The notes beneath the pieces are model-generated. The model did not search any database and was not told the DNA's origin. It saw only the letters and a list, made by a program, of their open reading frames with translations. Source: Escherichia coli (GTDB lineage: Bacteria > Pseudomonadota > Gammaproteobacteria > Enterobacterales > Enterobacteriaceae). From it: DNA of 64,000 bases. Of this stretch, positions 22,428 to 33,213 are shown piece after piece (position 1 is the stretch's first letter; each line of letters begins with the position of its first letter). Both the position numbers and the translations under genes were made by a program. The DNA is taken from NCBI RefSeq assembly GCF_002854065.1, contig NZ_CP024147.1. One strand, written 5' to 3'.

Positions 22428-24035
22428 TTATTCGATAGAGACGTTTTCGAAGTGATGTTTGCCTAATGGATCAACCACATAGCCTTTAACTTCTTTGCGT
22501 ACCGGTTCAAACACGGTGGAGTGAGCGATGATCAGTGCCGGAGCCTGATCGTGCATCACCACCTGCGCTTGCTTGTACAGTTCAACGCGTTTGTTATGGT
22601 CGTCGGTAGCACGCGCCGGTTGAATCAGATCTTCAAACGGTTTGTAGCACCATTTTGAGTAGTTGGAGCCTTGTTCAGAGGCGGCGCAGCTGAACAGGGT
22701 GGCGAAGAAGTTATCCGGATCCCCGTTATCGCCAGTCCAGCCCATCATTACCGTCTGGTGCTCGCCATCTTTCGCACGCTTGAGGTACTCACCCCATTCG
22801 TAAGTGACAATTTTGGCCTGCACGCCCACTTTCGCCCAGTCTGCCTGAATCATCTCCGCCATGCGGCGAGCGTTCGGGTTATACGGACGTTGTACCGGCA
22901 TCGCCCACAGGTCGATGGAGAAACCTTTTTCCAGACCCGCTTCTTTCAGCAAGGCTTTCGCTTTTTCAGGATCGTAGGTGTAGTCCTGAACGTCGTCGTT
23001 ATAGCCCCACATGGTTGGCGGGATCAGGTTTTTCGCTGATACACCCGCGCCCTGATAAACCGCTTTGATGATCGCGTCTTTGTTCACCGCGTAGGTCAGA
23101 GCCTGGCGAACTTTCACGTCATCGAGTGGTTTTTTCTGCACGTTATACGAGAGATAACCGACGTTCAGCCCCGGCATTTCCATCAGGTTGATAGATTTAT
23201 CCTGCTTCATGCGGGCGATATCTGCCGGGTTCGGGTACGGCATCACCTGGCATTCATTTTTCTGCAATTTAGCGTAACGCACGGAAGCGTCAGGGGTAAT
23301 AGAGAAAACCAGCGTATCGATCTGCGGTTTGGTGCCCCAGTAGCCATCAAACGCTTTGTAGCGGATACGGGAATCTTTTTGATACTGCTGTAACTGGAAC
23401 GGACCGGTTCCGATTGGGTTGAGGTCCAGTTTTTCCGGTGTACCGGCTTTCATCATCGCATCAGCATATTCTTTTGACAGAATAGAGGCGAAGTCCATTG
23501 CCAGGTCAGCGAGGAACGGCGCTTCCGGGCGAGTCAGCACAAACTGAACGGTGTTGTCGTCCACCTTTTTCACTTCGCTGATCAGCTCCGGCAAGCCCAT
23601 GCCTTCGAAGTATTCGTAGCTGCCGCCAGAAACTTTATGGTACGGGTTTTGCGCGTTTTTCTGACGATCGAACGAGAACACCACGTCATCGGCATTCATT
23701 TCGCGCGTCGGTTTGAATTCTTTATTGTCGTGCCACTTCACACCTTTACGCAGATGGAAGGTATAGGTTTTACCGTCTTCGCTGACTTCCCACTTTTCAG
23801 CGAGGCCCGGGATCACTTCGGTGGTGCCGATTTTAAATTCAACCAGGCGGTTATAAAGCGGTACGGAAGAGGCGTCATAGGTGGTACCGGAGGTAAACAG
23901 CTGCGGGTTAAACCCTTCCGGAGATCCTTCTGAGCAATAAACCAGAGTTTTAGCCTGAACACTTGCTGCGACGGTCATAGCCACCAGGCTGAGACCAAGC
24001 TTCAGCATCCCTGACTTTTTCAAGGAAATACGCAT
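22428..24035 (-). CDS. dppA: Periplasmic dipeptide-binding protein DppA
   Basis: 535-aa ORF MRISLKKSGMLKLGLSLVAMTVAASVQA (signal peptide), SBP family 5 fold; first gene of dppABCDF. Confidence 0.95.
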   Translation of the reverse strand: MRISLKKSGMLKLGLSLVAMTVAASVQAKTLVYCSEGSPEGFNPQLFTSGTTYDASSVPLYNRLVEFKIGTTEVIPGLAEKWEVSEDGKTYTFHLRKGVKWHDNKEFKPTREMNADDVVFSFDRQKNAQNPYHKVSGGSYEYFEGMGLPELISEVKKVDDNTVQFVLTRPEAPFLADLAMDFASILSKEYADAMMKAGTPEKLDLNPIGTGPFQLQQYQKDSRIRYKAFDGYWGTKPQIDTLVFSITPDASVRYAKLQKNECQVMPYPNPADIARMKQDKSINLMEMPGLNVGYLSYNVQKKPLDDVKVRQALTYAVNKDAIIKAVYQGAGVSAKNLIPPTMWGYNDDVQDYTYDPEKAKALLKEAGLEKGFSIDLWAMPVQRPYNPNARRMAEMIQADWAKVGVQAKIVTYEWGEYLKRAKDGEHQTVMMGWTGDNGDPDNFFATLFSCAASEQGSNYSKWCYKPFEDLIQPARATDDHNKRVELYKQAQVVMHDQAPALIIAHSTVFEPVRKEVKGYVVDPLGKHHFENVSIE

Positions 24036-24045
24036 TATTCTGCTC

Positions 24046-24068
24046 CAATTGTGATGTTTGTTGTTTTA
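24046..24068 (-). promoter_or_regulatory. C/A-rich element in the dppA 5' leader next to the RBS (candidate GcvB sRNA pairing site)
   Basis: Minus-strand leader reads aacaacaaacatcacaattGGAGcagaataATG; the CA-rich tract just upstream of the SD is the kind of sequence GcvB targets. Confidence 0.35.
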
Positions 24069-24752
24069 ACCCTTTGCAGTGGGTTGTCGCTGCCTGACCT
24101 TTTTTGTTTTTTGCCCGGTCGGGTCAACGTTATGAGGTGGGGATGCCGTACTAATTAACATCAGTGTAACAGTGCGGATCCTCCATAAAATGCCCCTCGT
24201 GACCTACAATCTGTCAACAGAATGTGAAAACGTCAATACAGCCAACCGGGATTTACACCAACGGTGAGAATCCACAAACAAAGATTAAAAAAACTTCAAA
24301 CAGCTATTTGCAGCAGAGAAATTTGTGCTACTCCAACATGACCAGAACAATCAGCTTAATATTTAGCAACATTTGGTGATTAAGTTTTATGCATTTAATG
24401 AAAAAAATCTGAGGAAAAGGTGGATATCTGAGCGATTAATACCATGAACGCTAAAACGCACAGCGGAAAATGCCAGCGCCAGCCATAAGTAACGCAAAAA
24501 AAGATTTAAGCAAATATAAAAAAAGACAATGGTTTCTGTCACAAATCCGTTAATGGATAGTGAGATATGGGGCGCAAATTTGGCAGGGAAATGTGTGGTG
24601 TGCTGCCGTTTAGGTCGGATAAGACGGGTACGCTGCATCCGACAATGAGTGCGCTGCCGTTGCCTGATGCGACGCTGACGCGTCTTATCAGGCCTACGTC
24701 GAGTCGAACCTCCCTGCCCCCGGAGGTTCTCATCCTCTTCAGATCGCAGAAA

Positions 24753-24782
24753 GCAAAAAACCAGCCCGTAGGCTGGTTTTTC
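24753..24782 (-). terminator. Rho-independent terminator downstream of proK (bidirectional hairpin)
   Basis: ccagcc-cgta-ggctgg hairpin flanked by an A-run and a T-run, directly 3' of the tRNA on the minus strand. Confidence 0.6.
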
Positions 24783-24787
24783 TAAAT

Positions 24788-24864
<77 letters not shown>

Positions 24865-24955
24865 AATGCGGGGCGCATCTTACTGCGCAGATACGCCCTC
24901 GTCAATCCCTTAATAGCAAAATGCCTTTTGATCGGCGAGAAAGTCAGCAGGCCTC

Positions 24956-26647
24956 TTAGTTAGCCACTGCCTCTTTTGTCTGCGGGATGTGACACCAGTT
25001 GTTGTTTTCGTTAATTCCACCATCCGGTGAAGTATAGCCAAGACAACCCATGATGGTGTCGTACAGCTCTACGTGACGGCGTGGCACTTTCATGTCGGCT
25101 GCTTTTTTCAGCTGCGCAAACGCCTGCGCATTGACCGGATTTTCCAGATATTTATCTGACATCCAGACCATCATCGGTACGCGGAACTGCTCCGCCGGTG
25201 CCAGTTCACGCGGCGTGCCGTGCAGGTGCTCGCGTTCATTAATTGACTCGCCGTGGTCAGCGGCGTAGAACACAATAGCTTTCTTATCGCGAACCTGATC
25301 AATCACACTGGAGATAAAGTGATCCACATAGGTCACCGAGTTGTCATAGGAGTTGATCATCTGCGCTTTGGTACATCCGCTATCAACACCAATACATTCC
25401 GGCTTCCACTGCGCAAAGCTGCGCGGGTAACGCTGGGTGTAGTTAAAGTGCGAACCTTTGGTATGCAGAATGATTAGATGCTTACCATCCGGGTTGCGCC
25501 CCAGCGATTGCTGCATTTCGTCTACCAGCAACATATCATCTACCGGCTTGCCACGGTTACGTGGCTCCGCACCAATCTGTTCACGGTAAGCAATATTGTC
25601 CGCCATCGTATTGCTGTAGAACCACATTTCGCTCTGCATAGCGTAGAGGTCAGAACTGAATCCTAACTGCTTCAGTACCGCGAAAATGTTCTGTTCTTTT
25701 AATGTGCGCTGCGGATTATCTTCCGCGCCCCCCTGACGTACAAACATGCAACGCAGAGAGAGTTTGGTTGCGGTATCACAGGAGTAACCACGGAACGCCG
25801 CCAGATTTTTCTCCTGGGCCAGCTTCGGCGTGGTATTACGCTCATAGCCGAAAATGCCCATATGGTCCCAACGCGTAGTTTCACCGATGATAAACACGAC
25901 ATAAGTGTCATTAACATTTTGCGGTGCCTGATAAGTGAATTTCTTCGCCGGGTTAAGCAATGAATTATTATCGGAAGATTCATCGACCCGCGCCCAGGCG
26001 TACAGCCCCAACGCAGAAAGCCAGTTTGATGGCAGATAAGAGTTCGCTACGACACCGCCATAACTCGGCAAATCAACGCCGGTCGCCCTCTCCACTTTCT
26101 TCTGCTGGATATCCAGCAAACGAATCGGTGCCCAAACCATAATTCCCGCCAGTACGACGACCGCCAGGCTGCGAATACGCTGCCCTGGGGTTCGCAGTTG
26201 TCGGAGCAAGGTGTAGCGACAGCGGTTATTCCAGATAAGGATAAGAGGCAATGCGCTAACGGCGATTAACCAGAGAATAAAGTTCAGACCAACAACTTCT
26301 TTTGACAGGTCGATATCGGTGGTCATGACGGAAGCGATGATGCCATAACCAATGACCACATTAAGGAAGGTCATGTAATAGCTGGCACCTGCGGAAAAGA
26401 GCACAACCAGCGATGCCAGAATACGCCAACTGCGGCGGCCAAACAGCGAAAGAAGACGTAGTAAAAAGAAGGTCACCAGTACGGTGGCGGCCAGTTCAAC
26501 AACAGCAGAAATGCCTTTCCAGACGGTAAAATCGTGCGCATAGCTGCCGAAGCGGCGGTAAAAAACCGCGCCATTCATAAAAAGGCCAATATAGATTGCA
26601 AGCAAAAAGCTCAGCTTCTGCTGTGTAATCGATTTGATGTATCTCAT
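24956..26647 (-). CDS. eptB: Kdo2-lipid A phosphoethanolamine transferase EptB
   Basis: ORF 24956..26680; start trimmed to [23 protein letters not shown] (563 aa); N-terminal membrane helices plus sulfatase-like domain. Confidence 0.9.
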   Translation of the reverse strand: MRYIKSITQQKLSFLLAIYIGLFMNGAVFYRRFGSYAHDFTVWKGISAVVELAATVLVTFFLLRLLSLFGRRSWRILASLVVLFSAGASYYMTFLNVVIGYGIIASVMTTDIDLSKEVVGLNFILWLIAVSALPLILIWNNRCRYTLLRQLRTPGQRIRSLAVVVLAGIMVWAPIRLLDIQQKKVERATGVDLPSYGGVVANSYLPSNWLSALGLYAWARVDESSDNNSLLNPAKKFTYQAPQNVNDTYVVFIIGETTRWDHMGIFGYERNTTPKLAQEKNLAAFRGYSCDTATKLSLRCMFVRQGGAEDNPQRTLKEQNIFAVLKQLGFSSDLYAMQSEMWFYSNTMADNIAYREQIGAEPRNRGKPVDDMLLVDEMQQSLGRNPDGKHLIILHTKGSHFNYTQRYPRSFAQWKPECIGVDSGCTKAQMINSYDNSVTYVDHFISSVIDQVRDKKAIVFYAADHGESINEREHLHGTPRELAPAEQFRVPMMVWMSDKYLENPVNAQAFAQLKKAADMKVPRRHVELYDTIMGCLGYTSPDGGINENNNWCHIPQTKEAVAN

Positions 26648-26901
26648 GCAAACAAACCCTGGACAAACAGGTGATAACACCCTGCTTAGCGGCTTTTCAG
26701 GCCCAGCAGGGGAAAAGTGCGGAGGTAGTCAGATAAGTAAAATCTACACGCGCGAATAAGTAGACCACAGCAAAGGGAAAAAGTGTGGGGAAAGAGTGTG
26801 CATGAAGCACAAATTTACAAAAGTGCAAGTCCGGAATAGACCATTTTAACGGATTAACGACTATTCAGAGATAGGTTGGGCCAGGATGCTGGCCCAGTAA
26901 C

Positions 26902-27432
26902 TTACTCATAGGTGATGGAAAAATTGACAAGGGCATTCGCTGTGCCACCAGTGGCCTGAGTGTTGACGACCACATAACTCGCCTGGTAGTGAAGCGACGT
27001 GGTTTCGCCATCAATCGCCCATTCAATCGGCGTTCCGCTGGAGCCTTTGGGTACTTGCTGCGTTCCTTTATCGTCCTCTATCTTCAACGCAACCCCCGTT
27101 GCGCCACCAGCCTCAAGGGCAAACATGGAATCATCATCGCTGTCCGACTGACTGTCCATCTCAACGGTCGCTTTGGATATCCCATCACACTCTTTGAGTT
27201 CAATGGTGAAATCTTTCTTGCTCAACACCGTACCGACTGCCGCAGGTTTTTGCAGCGTCATTGTTCCCATATCGACTTCGAGATCGCTTTTTTCCATCTC
27301 GCAAGCTTTAGTGGTGATAGTGATGGAGAAATGAATATCCCCTGCCGGGCCAAGATCCGTCGCCGCATTCACCCCGCAGGCAAACAGACTCAAACTGGCG
27401 ATGCCGCTATGCAGCAATAGATTGAATTTCAT
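26902..27432 (-). CDS. lpfE: Fimbrial minor subunit, LpfE-like
   Basis: Signal peptide MKFNLLLHSGIASLSLFACGVNA, fimbrial-subunit C-terminus ...ALVNFSITYE; last gene of the chaperone-usher cluster. Start uncertain (alternative MKWSDAM at 27450). Confidence 0.6.
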   Translation of the reverse strand: MKFNLLLHSGIASLSLFACGVNAATDLGPAGDIHFSITITTKACEMEKSDLEVDMGTMTLQKPAAVGTVLSKKDFTIELKECDGISKATVEMDSQSDSDDDSMFALEAGGATGVALKIEDDKGTQQVPKGSSGTPIEWAIDGETTSLHYQASYVVVNTQATGGTANALVNFSITYE

Positions 27433-27436
27433 GGCA

Positions 27437-28498
27437 TCACTCCATTTCAAGATATATGGTCGTTACGCCTTCAAACGTCCCGCCTTTAGGCGCTTTACCC
27501 GTCGTGCTAATCGGTAAAGCCAGCAGTCGAATCGCGGCATTGCGGTGAGTTTTAGAATCCAGGCTGCTCAAATTTAATAACGTGGTGCTGCTTGCATCAT
27601 TCGGTACCAAAATTTTGCCGCTGGAATCTTTCACCAGTACGCCAATATCGGGGTTGCCCATATCCACCGCTCGGGGATCGTCAGCATTGGTTGCCCCCTC
27701 AAGGCGCAACGAGACTTTGATACCATCCGAGATATTGTTGCAATCAAAGCCGAGGTTAATTTCTTGCTCTGTCGCACCTTCAGGCATTTGCCCTTGTCTG
27801 TTTTTAAACGCTGAGGAGGGGAATTCACCAAATGGCACATCCAGCACCGTGCCGGGCTTTATTTCGCAATCCTGAGTTATGGTGACGCGGCCCTGAATAG
27901 ATACGGAAGTTATGGGTATTGTTCCGTAATCTTTATTTGTTTTGGAGGCATACAGTTCGGCAATTAATGTAGGGGGAATGACTGAATCGCCGATAAAGGG
28001 TTTAGTAATCAAGAAAGAAAGTAATCCTCCTCCGCCCATATAAGGAGTAGTGATGACTTCATTACAGCCCGTTACCTGAAGCGCCTGTTGACCTTTAAAG
28101 GGGACAAAACCATATTGCCCCGAACTTACCTGAATTTTTGTAGATACAGACAGTTCATCGGTTAAGTAATAATACTTAAAACCACCGATATCCCTGGTCA
28201 TATTCGCTATTCCACTAACCCCTTGTATCAACGTATCTTTTTCAATTTTATAGTCACCCTTATCAGGACATTCACAAATTATCGATACATTTTGTCCATT
28301 CGACCAGTTAAGGACATCCGTTAAAACCGTCCCTGCGACGTTTTTACTTGCATCGGGAACACCGACATCCACATCGACGTTATAGTGATAGGTCGTGCCA
28401 TCCACAGGGGTACATGGCCCCCAGGAACCTCCGGCCAATGCCTTGCCAGAAAATCCGAATACGCATCCTAATAAAGATAATGCTATTGCCGCTTTCAT
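27437..28498 (-). CDS. lpfD: Fimbrial tip adhesin-like protein, LpfD-like
   Basis: ORF 27437..28522; start trimmed to signal peptide MKAAIALSLLGCVFGFSGKALA; about 353 aa, placed between usher and minor subunit. Confidence 0.6.
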   Translation of the reverse strand: MKAAIALSLLGCVFGFSGKALAGGSWGPCTPVDGTTYHYNVDVDVGVPDASKNVAGTVLTDVLNWSNGQNVSIICECPDKGDYKIEKDTLIQGVSGIANMTRDIGGFKYYYLTDELSVSTKIQVSSGQYGFVPFKGQQALQVTGCNEVITTPYMGGGGLLSFLITKPFIGDSVIPPTLIAELYASKTNKDYGTIPITSVSIQGRVTITQDCEIKPGTVLDVPFGEFPSSAFKNRQGQMPEGATEQEINLGFDCNNISDGIKVSLRLEGATNADDPRAVDMGNPDIGVLVKDSSGKILVPNDASSTTLLNLSSLDSKTHRNAAIRLLALPISTTGKAPKGGTFEGVTTIYLEME

Positions 28499-28512
28499 TT
28501 CGCTCTCCTTGC

Positions 28513-31086
28513 TTACTGGCAATTGGCTGAAACAGGAACAATTCCGCCCTGTTTTAATTCCAGGGATAATTTATATGGAGCCACGCATTGCTGCGACGCG
28601 TCATTACCCCATTTAATCAGTACCCGCCCTTCCTCTGGCATCCCGCTAATATAGAGCTGCCCTTCCTCACCGACGATACTGCTCACCTCGTTTTGTTTAT
28701 CGGTGATTAGCGTTGCCGTTGCTCCAAAGGGCACCGGACTGCCCGCGGAACGAAGCAGCGTCATTAATACGCGGTAACCAACGCGGGTATCAAAACGCGC
28801 TCTGACAATCGCTCCACGCGTTGGCACCACTTTCTGGAACGCATTTTCAACGTCAACATCGTCACCCAACGAATCGCTACGCAGTGAGATTTCGTTTTCA
28901 CGATACGGCATGGCGTAAGGCACGATCGCGTTACCCATCCAGTCAACCTGAACGCCGACGTTATTCACCACGCGGGCATTGCGCGCACCGGGTACGGAGA
29001 TGAGCGTCATGGTTTCGCCTAGCGGTTGGGAAAGCGTCACGCCTTCGCTATGAACTATCACGCCGCCGCGAACGCTGTAGTTGAGCTGCCGGTAATCTTT
29101 CCCGTAGCTATAGCCTACGTTGACATTACCGGACCCACCCTGATAGCCAACGTTAGCGTTACCGCTGTTACCCACACCGTTGCTGGCGTAGCCTTCCTGG
29201 ACACTGTAGCTCAGGTTGCGATCCTCAAGCAGCGTTCCGCTGACCCCAACCTGTTGATTGGTACGACCATCCTGGTCGGTCGTGACGCGATAGTTACTCC
29301 AGGCCCGGCCTAGTGGAACGGAAATATTGAAAGACCACAAGCGATCGCTTTCATCCCATTCAGGGCTTTTATTCCAGCTATATGCAATACTGTAACTGAC
29401 CTTGCCAATACGTCCGTTGTAACCCGCCGATACCGTGTTCTGTTTACCTGCGTCGTTCCAGTAATCCTGCTGCGTTAAATTTAAATAAACAGAGCCATAG
29501 GCCCCTAATTGCTGCGTCAGGTTACCCTGTATTTCGCTGCGCTTGTGATAACGGTTATAGTCGCTGTCAGCGTCACTGCGCACATCGGTGGCTTCCTGGA
29601 AGGTATAGAAACCGCTGGTAGAGTACCGATAGCCCGCAAGGCGGAAATCGGTGCCGCTTTCGAAGCTCTTGGAATATAAGAAACGATAAGATTGTCCCTG
29701 GCTATCGCGATCGTTATTCAGTTCGCTTTTAGCCTGCGTCACATCAATGGAAATCGCCCCGATATAACCAAAGTTTTTCCCTATCCCTAATGCAAATGCA
29801 TTGTAATTATTAGAGATTAATACGCCGCCGTAGGCCGTCATCCCCCACGGTAAACCGTAGATCAGATCAAGCTGCCCGAAACGCGGCGAGGCGCTGTCAT
29901 AATTCCCGGCCTGATATTCACCTGCGGCAAAGCTATATTTGAGATGGCCTTCACGCTGGAAAATTGGCACCGATGAGAATGGCTGAATAAAGCGTTGTTC
30001 ACTGCCATCCGCTTCTTTAATAATGACCGTGAGATCACCGCTGTTTGCAGTGGGGTAAAGATCGTTTATTTCAAAGGCACCAGGCTGCACATAGGTGCGA
30101 TAAATAACGTAGCCGTTTTGTTCAATACTGACTTCGGCGTTGCTTTTGGCGATCCCTCGAACGATGGGTGCAAAGCCTCGCTGGCTGTCGGGCAGCATCT
30201 CTTCATCAGAGGCTAACATCGCGCCACGCATCTGAACGCTGTCAAAAATATCCCCCGCGGTCGCCGTATCCCCCATTGTTAATTGCGCTTTGAAAGGGAT
30301 GATGGCCCTACTCAAAGACGTACCGATATTATCCCACTGCGCTTTGCCACCGGAATGGCTCCAGGTACTGTAATTCCGTAACCGCCAAGCGCCAAGGTTC
30401 AGCCCGCTGCGTAAGTTGAGGTAGTAGCTGTCGCTCTTTAGCGTATCTTTACCATCATCATGATGAACAGTGCCATTATCATCGACATAACTGCTGGAAG
30501 ACCCCGAAGAGTCATATTCACTGTTGCTCCCGCTAAAACTGTAATCCAGCAATAATGCCGGGATACCTTCGTCCCATAAAGATTCCGGCACCGTGCCGCG
30601 CGCCACCTGGTGCATCGCCGCCTGAGGGAAACTTAATACCAGCTTTTGTTCACTGAAGTCGAAATGGCTTGAGGCCTGGGGAATGATTTCGTCAAACGGT
30701 ACGCAGGCTTCGGCAGGCACCTGATTCAGGGTCGGAAAGCTTTCAACGCGCACGCCCATCTCTGCCAGTTGCGTCCGGCTAAGGCAAGGCACAAGGGATT
30801 CCCCCATCGCTTTGCGCTGTGCTTCTGTGGCCTCTTTAAATTCCAGTGTGCGGGTTTCCATTCTCTGTTCATTGACGTAAACAGAGACACGATAGATGCC
30901 GGGTAACTGCTGTTCCTGGCCTTTTTCGAACATCGTTAAATCGACATGCTGACCCACACCCTGAACGTCCTCCAGGAATTTGGGGTTAAACTTTCCGGCA
31001 TGTGCAGAAAACGTGCTGGCAACAGCAACCGCCACCACAGAGATAGAAAAGGAAGAAAAAGTACGTGAAACGGTCTTCCGTGACAT
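28513..31086 (-). CDS. lpfC: Outer-membrane fimbrial usher, LpfC-like (reading frame intact)
   Basis: 857-aa ORF MSRKTVSRTFSSFSISVVAVAVASTFSAHA... with usher-type beta-barrel and plug regions; single uninterrupted frame. Confidence 0.8.
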   Translation of the reverse strand: MSRKTVSRTFSSFSISVVAVAVASTFSAHAGKFNPKFLEDVQGVGQHVDLTMFEKGQEQQLPGIYRVSVYVNEQRMETRTLEFKEATEAQRKAMGESLVPCLSRTQLAEMGVRVESFPTLNQVPAEACVPFDEIIPQASSHFDFSEQKLVLSFPQAAMHQVARGTVPESLWDEGIPALLLDYSFSGSNSEYDSSGSSSSYVDDNGTVHHDDGKDTLKSDSYYLNLRSGLNLGAWRLRNYSTWSHSGGKAQWDNIGTSLSRAIIPFKAQLTMGDTATAGDIFDSVQMRGAMLASDEEMLPDSQRGFAPIVRGIAKSNAEVSIEQNGYVIYRTYVQPGAFEINDLYPTANSGDLTVIIKEADGSEQRFIQPFSSVPIFQREGHLKYSFAAGEYQAGNYDSASPRFGQLDLIYGLPWGMTAYGGVLISNNYNAFALGIGKNFGYIGAISIDVTQAKSELNNDRDSQGQSYRFLYSKSFESGTDFRLAGYRYSTSGFYTFQEATDVRSDADSDYNRYHKRSEIQGNLTQQLGAYGSVYLNLTQQDYWNDAGKQNTVSAGYNGRIGKVSYSIAYSWNKSPEWDESDRLWSFNISVPLGRAWSNYRVTTDQDGRTNQQVGVSGTLLEDRNLSYSVQEGYASNGVGNSGNANVGYQGGSGNVNVGYSYGKDYRQLNYSVRGGVIVHSEGVTLSQPLGETMTLISVPGARNARVVNNVGVQVDWMGNAIVPYAMPYRENEISLRSDSLGDDVDVENAFQKVVPTRGAIVRARFDTRVGYRVLMTLLRSAGSPVPFGATATLITDKQNEVSSIVGEEGQLYISGMPEEGRVLIKWGNDASQQCVAPYKLSLELKQGGIVPVSANCQ

Positions 31087-31229
31087 TGAGCTATTTCTCC
31101 TGAAAAGATATTAATCAATCAACATTTTTAGTGATCATTTCCGCTGACGATCCAAAGTCATTGATGGCGTTATAGGTGATGCTGCCAACTTACTGATTTA
31201 GTGTATGATGGTGTTTTTGAGGTGCTCCA

Positions 31230-31505
31230 GTGGCTTCTGTTTCTATCAGCTGTCCCTCCTGTTCAGCTACTGACGGGGTGGTGCGTAACGGCAAAAGCAC
31301 TGCCGGACATCAGCGCTATCTCTGCTCTCACTGCCGTAAAACATGGCAACTGCAGTTCACTTACACCGCTTCTCAACCCGGTACGCACCAGAAAATCATT
31401 GATATGGCCATGAATGGCGTTGGATGCCGGGCAACCGCCCGCATTATGGGCGTTGGCCTCAACACGATTTTCCGCCATTTAAAAAACTCAGGCCGCAGTC
31501 GGTAA
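31230..31505 (+). CDS. insA: IS1 InsA (DNA-binding regulator/repressor)
   Basis: 91-aa [43 protein letters not shown]... (zinc-finger-like Cys pairs). Confidence 0.9.
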   Translation: MASVSISCPSCSATDGVVRNGKSTAGHQRYLCSHCRKTWQLQFTYTASQPGTHQKIIDMAMNGVGCRATARIMGVGLNTIFRHLKNSGRSR

Positions 31506-31927
31506 CCTCGCGCATACAGCCGGGCAGTGACGTCATCGTCTGCGCGGAAATGGACGAACAGTGGGGATACGTCGGGGCTAAATCGCGCCAGCGCTGGCTG
31601 TTTTACGCGTATGACAGGCTCCGGAAGACGGTTGTTGCGCACGTATTCGGTGAACGCACTATGGCGACGCTGGGGCGTCTTATGAGCCTGCTGTCACCCT
31701 TTGACGTGGTGATATGGATGACGGATGGCTGGCCGCTGTATGAATCCCGCCTGAAGGGAAAGCTGCACGTAATCAGCAAGCGATATACGCAGCGAATTGA
31801 GCGGCATAACCTGAATCTGAGGCAGCACCTGGCACGGCTGGGACGGAAGTCGCTGTCGTTCTCAAAATCGGTGGAGCTGCATGACAAAGTCATCGGGCAT
31901 TATCTGAACATAAAACACTATCAATAA
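31424..31927 (+). CDS. insB: IS1 InsB (transposase is made as an InsAB' fusion by -1 frameshift)
   Basis: 167-aa ORF in the -1 frame relative to insA, as in canonical IS1. Confidence 0.85.
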   Translation: MPGNRPHYGRWPQHDFPPFKKLRPQSVTSRIQPGSDVIVCAEMDEQWGYVGAKSRQRWLFYAYDRLRKTVVAHVFGERTMATLGRLMSLLSPFDVVIWMTDGWPLYESRLKGKLHVISKRYTQRIERHNLNLRQHLARLGRKSLSFSKSVELHDKVIGHYLNIKHYQ

Positions 31928-32515
31928 GTTGGAGTCATTACCGGCGTTATATTTAATTTTAGAAACGCTACCTACCCCGGCGGGTAATGTGATATTTAAT
32001 GCCCCTTTAGCGGGTACCATGCCTGCTTTTTCAATTTCTTTGTCATTCGCAAAAAATTGATTAAAGGTAATATTAAAAACTGTCGGATTATCAACGCGGA
32101 GCTGATTACCGTTACGCGTAAATCGCAGTTCATTTGGCGCGGTTTTTACATCACCCTTTAAACCTGCCGGGCGATAAAAAAGTTTGATTCGGGTGCGAAC
32201 GGCAATCTGCAAAACATTTTTGTTTTCGCTGTCGTCACTTTTAGATGGAATGGCTTTCACATTAACCCAGTAGACCGATTCGCGATCCTGAGGCAGGCCG
32301 GGCGTAATATTCACAATACGCAAAATATTGTTCTTTTCTGGATCAAGCTTGAATAGTGGGGGCGTAATAATAAACGGTGTTTTTTTGCTGCCCGCGGCAT
32401 CATCCACCCAGGATTGGATAAGAAACTCTTCCGTCTTACTTTTATTCTGTACGGTCAGCGGGTGATGCTGCCAACTTACTGATTTAGTGTATGATGGTGT
32501 TTTTGAGGTGCTCCA

Positions 32516-32791
32516 GTGGCTTCTGTTTCTATCAGCTGTCCCTCCTGTTCAGCTACTGACGGGGTGGTGCGTAACGGCAAAAGCACCGCCGGACATCAGC
32601 GCTATCTCTGCTCTCACTGCCGTAAAACATGGCAACTGCAGTTCACTTACACCGCTTCTCAACCCGGTACGCACCAGAAAATCATTGATATGGCCATGAA
32701 TGGCGTTGGATGCCGGGCAACTGCCCGCATTATGGGCGTTGGCCTCAACACGATTTTACGTCACTTAAAAAACTCAGGCCGCAGTCGGTAA
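32516..32791 (+). CDS. insA: IS1 InsA, copy B
   Basis: 91-aa ORF; one substitution relative to copy A (NTILRHL versus NTIFRHL). Confidence 0.9.
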
Positions 32792-33213
32792 CCTCGCGCA
32801 TACAGCCGGGCAGTGACGTCATCGTCTGCGCGGAAATGGACGAACAGTGGGGCTATGTCGGGGCTAAATCGCGCCAGCGCTGGCTGTTTTACGCGTATGA
32901 CAGTCTCCGGAAGACGGTTGTTGCGCACGTATTCGGTGAACGCACTATGGCGACGCTGGGGCGTCTTATGAGCCTGCTGTCACCCTTTGACGTGGTGATA
33001 TGGATGACGGATGGCTGGCCGCTGTATGAATCCCGCCTGAAGGGAAAGCTGCACGTAATCAGCAAGCGATATACGCAGCGAATTGAGCGGCATAACCTGA
33101 ATCTGAGGCAGCACCTGGCACGGCTGGGACGGAAGTCGCTGTCGTTCTCAAAATCGGTGGAGCTGCATGACAAAGTCATCGGGCATTATCTGAACATAAA
33201 ACACTATCAATAA
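32710..33213 (+). CDS. insB: IS1 InsB, copy B
   Basis: 167-aa ORF; differs from copy A at several residues (MPGNCPHY...DFTSLKK...YDSLRK versus MPGNRPHY...DFPPFKK...YDRLRK). Confidence 0.85.

Larger units (their letters stand above)
31175..31942 (+). mobile_element. IS1 (768 bp), copy A, flanked by 9-bp target duplication GGCGTTATA
   Basis: Termini GGTGATGCTGCCAACTTACTGAT ... AAGTTGGAGTCATTACC; insA/insB frames present; identical 9-mers at 31166-31174 and 31943-31951. Confidence 0.95.

Noticed and set aside
26681-26901. Possible terminator hairpin (tgggccag-gatg-ctggccca) downstream of lpfE
   Set aside because: Good stem but no adjacent U-run on either strand, so not called as an intrinsic terminator.
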